Source: an uncultured Methanosarcinales archaeon (lineage in GTDB: Archaea; Nanobdellota; Nanobdellia; Woesearchaeales; CAXGTL01). Taken from it: a DNA stretch of 43,724 nucleotides. How positions within the stretch are numbered: position 1 is the stretch's first letter; every line of letters begins with the position of its first letter. The notes beneath the pieces are model-generated. The model saw nothing but the letters and a program-made list of their open reading frames with translations, did no database searches and was not told the origin of the DNA. The stretch spans positions 1-43,724 of the forward strand of contig CAZHVK010000010.1 in assembly GCA_964535955.1 (NCBI GenBank), written 5' to 3'. Below are positions 27,541-34,798 of this stretch, one piece after another. The position numbers and the translations under genes were made by a program.

Positions 27541-27675
27541 ATAGTCCCAGGATGATTGTGGGACTATTGTGGGAATGAGAAATGTAGGAAGAGTGGCTAA
27601 TTCTCGAGAATACAAGAGAATCATAGTCTCAGGTGGGACTATGGTGGGACTATAATGGGACTATGATGGGACTGA
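27541..27675. repeat. Iteron-like TGGGACTAT array
   Basis: Direct copies at 27559, 27634, 27645, 27656 and 27667 (the last four 11 bp apart); inverted copies at 27541 and 27623. Confidence 0.85.
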
Positions 27676-28097
27676 CTATGTTGAAGGTGAGGGAAATACT
27701 GTGTCTTAGGATAAGGTTCATGATGATGAGATTTTTTTGATATTTTTGATGATTAAAAAAATAAATTTTTTGAAAAATAAAAAAAATTGTGGAATGATAT
27801 ATTTTGTGTGTTCTTGAGAATATGATAAAAATGTCTCATTTTTAGAGTATTTTTAGGTGTTTTTTAGATCCATATAGGATAAAACAAAGTCCAAAGTGAG
27901 TGTAAAATAAGGTATAAATAAGCAGATTTTTAACAGGATTATGAAAATAGTGCAAATAGGGTGAAAATACTAGAAAATCATAATATGAAAGTGAGATATG
28001 AAATATGCTATATTATGCTGTTTTTAGTGGTAAAAGCTTAAACAAGCCTATACAGGACTATATAGGTTAATTGTAAGTAGTAAAGTGAGGATTGTAT

Positions 28098-28185
28098 ATA
28101 GGGATTATATAGGGATTACATATGGTTTGTATAGGGATTACATAGGGATTACATATGGTTTGTATAGGGATTATATAGGAATATT
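28098..28185. repeat. 11-bp tandem array ATAGGGATTA(C/T) with a 33-bp higher-order period
   Basis: Units at 28098, 28109, 28120*, 28131, 28142, 28153*, 28164 and 28175 (* = variant ATATGGTTTGT). Confidence 0.9.
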
Positions 28186-28439
28186 ACTTGATTTAAGGCT
28201 TTATATTGATTTTACTATATGATTTTGTGGAAAAGTGAGGGTCTGCTAATGATATAGTGCTAAAATAAGCTGATCTTTGATATAATACATGATCTGATGT
28301 AGGGATATATATATTTATATAGGGAATTACTAGTAAAGTGAGAGTTAAGCATATTTTTGTATATTTTGGTGTGTTTGAAAATTGTCTAATATAAAAAAAA
28401 GATAGGTTAATATATGGAATGAAGATTAGATATGTAAAA

Positions 28440-29096
28440 ATGAGTGTTATAAGGTCTAAAAAGCAATTATCAATTGTTTTAAGTCGATTAAAAACATTTG
28501 AAAATAGTAAAGTGAGTCTTGAACAGTATTCTACTGATTCTGAGGTAGGTGCTTCTCTCTTGTGGAACGCCACTTTATTAGATTTTATCGACGATAAAAC
28601 AGTTTTAGACTTGGGTTGTGGTACTGGCATACTGGGATTGGGTGCTTTGTTTCTCGACGCTGATAAAGTTTTCCTCGTCGATAAAGATAAGGATGCTTTG
28701 GATGTATTAAAGGAAAATATCAAGTTTATCGACGATAAATATTTTAAAATTAATAAACAAAAGTATAAGATTATATGTAAAGATATTCAGGTATTGGATG
28801 TTGTGGATTTGGATAAGATGAAAATTGATCTTGTTATTATGAATCCTCCTTTTGGTGTTAAGAATAAACATGCTGATAAAAAGTTTTTAAAAGTTGGTTT
28901 CTCGACGAGAAAACCAGTTTATTCTATACATAAAGTTGAATCTCGTAAGTTCTTGGAAAAGTTTTCTGCTGATAATGGATATAAGTTAACACATTTTTGG
29001 GAAATGGATTTTCCTTTGAAAAAAAGTTATTCATTCCATAGGAAACCTGTTAAGAAGATTAAGGTTTGTGTCTGTAGGTTTGTTTTTTCTGGTTGA
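28440..29096 (+). CDS. METTL5-family N6-adenine RNA methyltransferase
   Basis: LEQYSTD, VLDLGCGTGILG, MNPPFG, HADKKFL, YSIHK and YSFHRK. Start at ATG 28440 preferred from TATA spacing (track: 28419). Confidence 0.9.
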   Translation: MSVIRSKKQLSIVLSRLKTFENSKVSLEQYSTDSEVGASLLWNATLLDFIDDKTVLDLGCGTGILGLGALFLDADKVFLVDKDKDALDVLKENIKFIDDKYFKINKQKYKIICKDIQVLDVVDLDKMKIDLVIMNPPFGVKNKHADKKFLKVGFSTRKPVYSIHKVESRKFLEKFSADNGYKLTHFWEMDFPLKKSYSFHRKPVKKIKVCVCRFVFSG

Positions 29097-29209
29097 TTGT
29101 TTTTAATTCTTTATTTAATTATTTGTTTGATATTTCATTTGTTTGGTTGTAACTATTTAGTAGTAATTTATAGAAAGGTTTATATATTAGTTTGTGGTTT
29201 CCATTATAT

Positions 29210-29344
29210 ATGGTTATGGATAGCAATTATCACAATAGAACTCTTATAAGAATTGATGAATATCTAGATGGTGCTCTCAAGAGACTAGAAGAATATAATA
29301 AGGAATCACACAAAGAAGAAGAAAAAGAAGTTTCTGAAGAATAA
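29210..29344 (+). CDS. 44-aa small protein (not in the ORF track)
   Basis: MVMDSNYHNRTLIRIDEYLDGALKRLEEYNKESHKEEEKEVSEE*, preceded by BRE/TATA GAAAGG-TTTATATA at 29173-29186. Confidence 0.55.
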   Translation: MVMDSNYHNRTLIRIDEYLDGALKRLEEYNKESHKEEEKEVSEE

Positions 29345-29398
29345 ATTTACTAATTTTATAGTCGAGGGATGGGTAAAAAACACAGGTGAAGTATTAGT

Positions 29399-30112
29399 AT
29401 GAAACTTAATGTCAATAAGTTAAAAAAAGAACAGCTCAAACTTGCAAAAAAGATTATTCTTAAAGATAGTTTTGATGAGATTAAGTTAATTGGTGGTTGT
29501 GATCAAGCTTTTTATGAAAATAAGATTATTTCTATGGTTATTGTTTTTGATAATAATGGCAAACTAATTGAAAAAAAATATGCTATTAAAGATGTGACAA
29601 TACCTTATGTTCCTGGGTTTTTAGCTTATAGAGAAATGCCTGCTATACTTGAAGCCTTTAACAAACTAGAAAATAAACCAGATATTCTTTTATGTGATTG
29701 TAATGGAATTCTTCATCCTCGTAAAATTGGAATGGCTAGTCATCTTGGATTAATACTAGAAGTGCCTACAATAGGTGTTGCTAAAAACAAATTACTTGGT
29801 GTTATTGATGAAGATAAAAAAATAATTTATAATGACCATGTATTGGGGTTTGAAATAGGTACTAAAGAACATGCAAAACCCATATATGTAAGTCCTGGGC
29901 ACATGATTTCTATGAAAAGTTCTGAGAAGATTGTTAAAGAATGGTTAAAAGGACATAAAACACCTGAACCCTTACATGTTGCTCATAAATTTGCTAACAG
30001 AATTAAGAAGAATTTAAAGGAAAAGAATAAGGAAAAAACTGTGGAAAATAATATTGGTGTTGTTGAAGGTCCTGTTAATGATATTGATGTTAATCAGGAA
30101 ATAAAAGAATAA
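29399..30112 (+). CDS. nfi: Endonuclease V
   Basis: GGCDQAF, PYVPGFLAYRE, CDCNGILHPRKIGMASHLG, PTIGVAK and PIYVSPGH. Confidence 0.95.
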   Translation: MKLNVNKLKKEQLKLAKKIILKDSFDEIKLIGGCDQAFYENKIISMVIVFDNNGKLIEKKYAIKDVTIPYVPGFLAYREMPAILEAFNKLENKPDILLCDCNGILHPRKIGMASHLGLILEVPTIGVAKNKLLGVIDEDKKIIYNDHVLGFEIGTKEHAKPIYVSPGHMISMKSSEKIVKEWLKGHKTPEPLHVAHKFANRIKKNLKEKNKEKTVENNIGVVEGPVNDIDVNQEIKE

Positions 30113-30210
30113 CATTTATAAACAATCTGTGAAAACATACTTCTTAGGTGATTATATATGGAAATAAACTCACTGACGTTCGTAATTTCCATTTTTCACG
30201 GAGGTTCAAA

Positions 30211-30486
30211 ATGGAAATAAATGTTATTGAAAGGTCAAAAAATAGAATTATATTTGAATTAAAAGGTGAAGATGATAGTTTTTGTAATGCTCTAAAAGAT
30301 GAATTATATAATGATTCTAATGTTAAAATTGCATCTTATAGAATAGACCACCCTTTGATTAATATTCCTAGATTTATTATAGAAGTTAAAACAGGAGATG
30401 CAAAAAAAACCTTGGTTGATGCTGCTAAAAGACTTAAAAAAATGTCTGTTACATTTCATAATGAGTTTAAAAAAGTAGCCAAGTAA
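30211..30486 (+). CDS. rpoL: DNA-directed RNA polymerase subunit L (Rpo11)
   Basis: FELKGEDDSFCNALKDEL...ASYRIDHPL. ATG 30211 behind SD GGAGGT. Confidence 0.92.
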   Translation: MEINVIERSKNRIIFELKGEDDSFCNALKDELYNDSNVKIASYRIDHPLINIPRFIIEVKTGDAKKTLVDAAKRLKKMSVTFHNEFKKVAK

Positions 30487-30488
30487 AA

Positions 30489-31082
30489 ATGTTTTCTTTA
30501 ATACAAGGTAAAAGATTAATAAAATTAGCTCGTAATAGTATTGAAAGTCATCTTTTTCATAAAGAATTTAAGATTTCTACTACTGTTGTTGAAGAATTTG
30601 GTGATAGATTAGGTTGTTTTGTTACTCTTACTATTGATGGTGAATTGAGAGGGTGTATTGGTTTTCCAGAACCTGTTTATCAATTGTTTCATGCTATTAA
30701 AGATGCTGCTGTTAGTGCTGGATTTTCTGATCCAAGGTTCTTGCCTTTGAGTAAAGAAGACTATGCAAAAGTTATGGTGGAGGTTTCTGTGTTAACAAAG
30801 CCTGAGTTGATTAAGGTTGAAAAGTCTTCTGATTATTTTGGACATATAAAGATTGGAAGAGATGGCCTGATTATTAGATCTGCTATGGGTGTTTCTGGAT
30901 TATTATTGCCTCAAGTCTTTACTGAGTATAATTGCAATCCTGAGCAAGCTTTGCGCATGGTTTGTCAAAAAGCTGGGTTGAATATTGATGCTTGGAAAGA
31001 TATTTCTAATAAGATTTATAGGTTTAGTGGTCAGATATTCAAAGAGACCCCTTCAGGCGTAGTGGAAGAAAAATTAGGTTAG
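30489..31082 (+). CDS. AMMECR1-domain protein
   Basis: GCFVTL, LRGCIG, AGFSDPRF, EVSVLTKP, GRDGLII, GLLLPQV and CQKAGL. Confidence 0.95.
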   Translation: MFSLIQGKRLIKLARNSIESHLFHKEFKISTTVVEEFGDRLGCFVTLTIDGELRGCIGFPEPVYQLFHAIKDAAVSAGFSDPRFLPLSKEDYAKVMVEVSVLTKPELIKVEKSSDYFGHIKIGRDGLIIRSAMGVSGLLLPQVFTEYNCNPEQALRMVCQKAGLNIDAWKDISNKIYRFSGQIFKETPSGVVEEKLG

Positions 31083-31340
31083 TTTTTTTGTGATTTTAGT
31101 GGTGTGTTTTTTAATATTTTAGTATACATATTTGTATACTGATTATCGACGATAAACATAGTGTCAGAATATAGGGTTTTTATGGTGCCTAACTTAGATT
31201 GGAAATATTTTGTTAAAATACATTCAAACACAAAACTTTAAAAACAAATCATGTTTTCCAATATATAGCTTATAAGTCAGTTATTGATTTCTAAGTACAG
31301 ATAGATAAATAAAGAAAAAAACAAAGAAATAAATAGAAAA

Positions 31341-32705
31341 ATGGTTAAATTCGAAGATTTTAAATTAAGTGAAGATTTGTATAAATCAATAAAGAGATTA
31401 GGATTTGAGATTCCTACTGAGATTCAGAAAAGAGCAATAGATCCAATATTAAAAGGCAAAGATGTATTGGGAGAATCTGAGACTGGTTCTGGGAAAACAC
31501 TTGCATTTGGTTGTGGTATTGTTGAAAAAGTAGATAGAAAAAAAGGATTACAAGCTTTGATAATAACACCTACAAGAGAGTTAGCAGAGCAAGTTAAAGA
31601 AGAACTTCGTAGATATGCAAGATATAAACAACTTAAAATTATATCAATTTATGGAGGTGTAGCAATTGGTCCACAAATTGAAGGGCTAGGAATAGCAGAA
31701 GTAGTTGTTGCAACACCTGGAAGATTAAAAGACCATCTACAGAGAGGAACTATTAATTTTTCACATATTAAAATATTGGTACTTGATGAAGCAGATAGAA
31801 TGTTGGATATGGGTTTTATTGATGATATTGAAGATATTATAAGAGTCTGTCCAAGAAAAAGGCAAACATTATTCTTTTCTGCAACTATTTTACCGCGTGT
31901 TGAAGAACTAGCAAAAAAATATATGCATAAACCAATAAAAATATTAACAAGAAGGCAAGTGGACCCATCAAAACTTAAACAAGTTTATTATGATATCCCG
32001 AGAAATCTGAAATTATCTGTATTGTTACATTTAATAAAAAATGAAACTTCTAAACTTATCATGATATTTTGTAATACAAGAAGAAATACTGATTTTGTTG
32101 TAAAAAATCTAAAAGTTAATAAAATAAAAGCAGTAGCTTTACATGGAGGTTTTACACAAAATAAAAGATCAAAAACTATGGGTATGTTTAACAAAGGTGA
32201 AAGATGTATACTTGTTTGTACAGATGTTGCTGCACGTGGTCTACATATTGATGATGTTACACATGTTTATAATTATGATATTCCTAGAGATCCAACTGAT
32301 TATGTTCATAGGATTGGCAGAACTGCAAGAGCTGGTGAAAAAGGAAAAGTAATTAACATATTATGTGATACTGATTATGAAAACTTTTCTAAACTACTTC
32401 AAAGGTATTCATTTAATATAAAGAAAATTAAAAAACCTCATGTAGAGAGAGCTTTAGTGAGAAAAGATGATGAAGGTAGAGGAAGATTTGGTAACAGATA
32501 TTCTCATAGAAAGTTTGGTGGAAGAGGTTCTAATAGAAGATCTGGTGGAAGGAGTTCTAATAGAAGATATGATGGTGAGAGTTCTAATAAAAGGTATGGT
32601 GACAGAAGTTCTAAAAAAAGGTTTGGTAGTAGAAGATCTAATAGCAGGTCTGGTGGAAGGAGTTCTAAAAAAAAACCAAATGATAGAAGAAGATATAATT
32701 CTTAA
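31341..32705 (+). CDS. DEAD-box RNA helicase with R/G/S-rich C-terminal tail
   Basis: Q motif, TGSGKT, PTRELA, TPGR, DEAD, SAT, TDVAARG and HRIGRTAR. Confidence 0.97.
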   Translation: MVKFEDFKLSEDLYKSIKRLGFEIPTEIQKRAIDPILKGKDVLGESETGSGKTLAFGCGIVEKVDRKKGLQALIITPTRELAEQVKEELRRYARYKQLKIISIYGGVAIGPQIEGLGIAEVVVATPGRLKDHLQRGTINFSHIKILVLDEADRMLDMGFIDDIEDIIRVCPRKRQTLFFSATILPRVEELAKKYMHKPIKILTRRQVDPSKLKQVYYDIPRNLKLSVLLHLIKNETSKLIMIFCNTRRNTDFVVKNLKVNKIKAVALHGGFTQNKRSKTMGMFNKGERCILVCTDVAARGLHIDDVTHVYNYDIPRDPTDYVHRIGRTARAGEKGKVINILCDTDYENFSKLLQRYSFNIKKIKKPHVERALVRKDDEGRGRFGNRYSHRKFGGRGSNRRSGGRSSNRRYDGESSNKRYGDRSSKKRFGSRRSNSRSGGRSSKKKPNDRRRYNS

Positions 32706-32760
32706 TAAATCATAAAATATATATAAAAAAATCCAAACACTTATACAATAAAAATCATAG

Positions 32761-32913
32761 ATGTCAAGAATCAGAGATTCATCATAAATCGAAGATTTAT
32801 GACTGTGATCAAAAACTTTGTTTTTGACATTTGATCATGCTCAGAAATACTTCGTATTTCTGACATTTTTAAGCATAAATGTATCACAGACTGATGATCT
32901 GCGATACATTTAT
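32761..32913. repeat. Cluster of five short hairpins (REP-like palindromic element)
   Basis: GAATC-AGA-GATTC; TCATAAATC-GAA-GATTTATGA; TCAAAAAC-TTT-GTTTTTGA; TCAGAAATAC-TTC-GTATTTCTGA; and a 16-bp stem at 32875-32913. Confidence 0.8.
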
Positions 32914-32975
32914 ATAAGTTGTTAACATTATTATAATAAAAAGAGAACTTAAATGTTTTCTGGAGAAAATTATAA

Positions 32976-33110
32976 ATGGCTATTAACTATAATATTGTAA
33001 AATACTGCAGAACATGCAAAAAAAGATATCTTGTTAATAAAGGTGAAGCAAAAAAGGTTTATTGTGCTGAATGTTTTAAGAAACTTTGTAAAAATAGGGA
33101 AAAAGAATAA
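32976..33110 (+). CDS. 44-aa zinc-ribbon protein (CxxC-x15-CxxC; not in the ORF track)
   Basis: MAINYNIVKYCRTCKKRYLVNKGEAKKVYCAECFKKLCKNREKE*; GGAG upstream. Confidence 0.75.
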   Translation: MAINYNIVKYCRTCKKRYLVNKGEAKKVYCAECFKKLCKNREKE

Positions 33111-33144
33111 TTAATAAAGGATTGTCAAATACTTTCTATTTATT

Positions 33145-34500
33145 ATGACTAAAATACTATTAATTCATCTACCATTTTGTACACCTGCAAGTCCTAGTTA
33201 TTCTATTACTTATTTGTATTCATTTCTTAAGAAAAATTGTTCTGTTTCTGTTCTTGATTTGAATCTTTTGTTTCATAAGAAGAAATTTGGTGATTTTGGA
33301 AAGTTTATTAGAAGCTTTGATGGTTCTGATTTGGATAAATATAGTGAAGTTGGTGGTGAATATAGTAAAATTTCGTCTAAAGTGTATGCTGAGAATAATA
33401 AAAAAGTTGTTAATGGTTTACAACCAGAATATTTTGATGAATTTGTTAAGATGATTCGTGATTATGAGGCTGATATTGTTTGTTTTAGTATTGTTTATTC
33501 AAGTCAGGCGTTTTATGCTTATTCTATATTAAAGGAATTGAAAGATGTTGTCACTGTTATTGGTGGACCTTGTGTTTGTGAGAAATTAGTTTCTGTTGCT
33601 GATGAATGTTTTGGTAATTATGAGAAGTTTATTGATTATTTAGGTGTTGATTTTGGTTGTGATGTTGGTAGTGATTTAGGTAATGGAATTGTGCTTGATT
33701 ATTCTGTATGGGATCTTGATTCATACTTTGTTCCTCACTTTGTAATGCCTGTTAAAACTTCTAATACTTGTTGCTATAAACAGTGTGTGTTTTGTTCTCA
33801 TTTTTCTAGTACAAAGTATTGTGAATATGATTTGGGTTTAGTTAGGCAAAGTATTTTATCCTCACCTACTAAATATGTGTTTTTAATAGATGATACTATT
33901 CCTGTTTCACGTTTGTTGAAGATTGGTGAAGTTTTTGGTCCATTGGGTATAAAATGGTGTTGTCAGTTGAGGCCTGTTGCTGGATTTAGTTATGATGTTT
34001 TGAAGAAGCTTAGAGAATGTGGACTTGTTATGGTTATATGGGGAGTTGAGTCTGGAAGTGATAGGGTTTTGAAGTTAATGCGTAAAGGTACTAATGTTGA
34101 TGATGTTTCAAATGTTCTTAAGAATTCTCATGATTCAGGCATTAAGAACGTTGTTTACATTATGTTTGGTTTTCCTGGTGAAAGTGAGAAAGAGTTTATG
34201 GAGACTTTATCTTTTTTAGAGAAAAATTCTGAAAATATTGATTTAGTTTCAACTTCAGTATTTGGTTTACAAAAAGGAACTCAGATTTATCAAAATTATT
34301 CTGATTTTGGTATAAGTAAAGTAGTTGAAGAGAAGAGAACTATTCTTCCACCGAAGATAAGTTATGAAGTTAGTAATGGGTTATCACATTCTGATGTTCT
34401 GAATATGAAAAAGAAGTATAAATCTGTTGTTGAAAAAATAAACAAGTATCCTAAGGAGATGAATTTCTTTAGGGAAAGTATGTTGTGTTTGTTGTTGTGA
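33145..34500 (+). CDS. B12-binding-domain radical SAM protein
   Basis: CYKQCVFC (CxxxCxxC), VIGGP, WGVESGSDRVLKLMRKG and YIMFGFPGES. Confidence 0.92.
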   Translation: MTKILLIHLPFCTPASPSYSITYLYSFLKKNCSVSVLDLNLLFHKKKFGDFGKFIRSFDGSDLDKYSEVGGEYSKISSKVYAENNKKVVNGLQPEYFDEFVKMIRDYEADIVCFSIVYSSQAFYAYSILKELKDVVTVIGGPCVCEKLVSVADECFGNYEKFIDYLGVDFGCDVGSDLGNGIVLDYSVWDLDSYFVPHFVMPVKTSNTCCYKQCVFCSHFSSTKYCEYDLGLVRQSILSSPTKYVFLIDDTIPVSRLLKIGEVFGPLGIKWCCQLRPVAGFSYDVLKKLRECGLVMVIWGVESGSDRVLKLMRKGTNVDDVSNVLKNSHDSGIKNVVYIMFGFPGESEKEFMETLSFLEKNSENIDLVSTSVFGLQKGTQIYQNYSDFGISKVVEEKRTILPPKISYEVSNGLSHSDVLNMKKKYKSVVEKINKYPKEMNFFRESMLCLLL

Positions 34501-34537
34501 GGAAAAATAAGAATATACAGAAACATTTATATAGTCT

Positions 34538-34568
34538 TAGTGCATTAATGCATAGCATTAGTGCACTA
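34538..34568. promoter_or_regulatory. Palindromic operator-like sites between the TATA box and the HTH gene start
   Basis: TGCATTAATGCA (34541-34552) and TAGTGCACTA (34559-34568), downstream of GAAAC-ATTTATATA. Confidence 0.55.
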
Positions 34569-34798
34569 TGAAAAATAAGAACAAGAATAAAAAAGAGTTG
34601 GTTGTTGAGCTTCTAAAGAAAAATACAGATGGTCTTACTATTTTAGAGATTGCTAAAGAGCTTAGGATTTCTAGGAACACTGTTCCTGTGATATTAGCAG
34701 AATTAAAAGGAGCTGAGTTGATTAGAGTGCGGCCTGTTGGTAGGTGTAAACTGCATTATTGGAGATGGGATAAGAGAAAAAAGAGGAAGAAAAAGTAG
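34568..34798 (+). CDS. Small winged-helix HTH regulator
   Basis: GLTILEIAKELRISRNTVPVILAELKGAELIRVRPVGRCKLHYW; directly abuts the giant surface-protein gene. Confidence 0.85.
   Translation: MKNKNKNKKELVVELLKKNTDGLTILEIAKELRISRNTVPVILAELKGAELIRVRPVGRCKLHYWRWDKRKKRKKK

Larger units (their letters stand above)
23362..31155. repeat. Cluster of palindromic 13-mers TT(A/C)TCG-W-CGA(T/G)AA (at least 10 copies)
   Basis: 13-mers start at 23362, 23569, 25937, 26873, 27371, 28585, 28672, 28726, 28899 and 31143, with degenerate copies at 23092, 26798 and 28651. The core TCGWCGA was not seen elsewhere in the window by eye. Confidence 0.85.

Noticed and set aside
27490..27624. N-terminal extension of the 292-aa ORF
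   Set aside because: It overlaps the TATA box and GGGACTAT repeats; ATG 27489 fits leaderless promoter spacing.
27541..28185. CRISPR array
   Set aside because: The repeats are 9-11 bp, tandem or nearly so, with no unique 30-40 bp spacers and no cas genes.
23361..28439. Canonical archaeal ORB/cdc6 origin
   Set aside because: No cdc6/orc1 gene and no convincing ORB with a G-string was seen; any origin here would be non-canonical.
28193..28723. Shadow ORFs overlapping real genes (also 340-558, 1834-2037, 2946-3260, 8531-9596, 9777-11169, 12995-13978, 15403-19238, 27084-27401, 31988-32715, 42685-42912)
   Set aside because: Each overlaps a better-supported gene in another frame or on the opposite strand and has no protein motif.
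23603..31194. Integrated mobile element bounded by attL/attR
   Set aside because: The enclosed segment contains housekeeping genes (rpoL, nfi, METTL5, AMMECR1) and no tRNA target or viral genes. Kept only as candidate recombinase or boundary sites.
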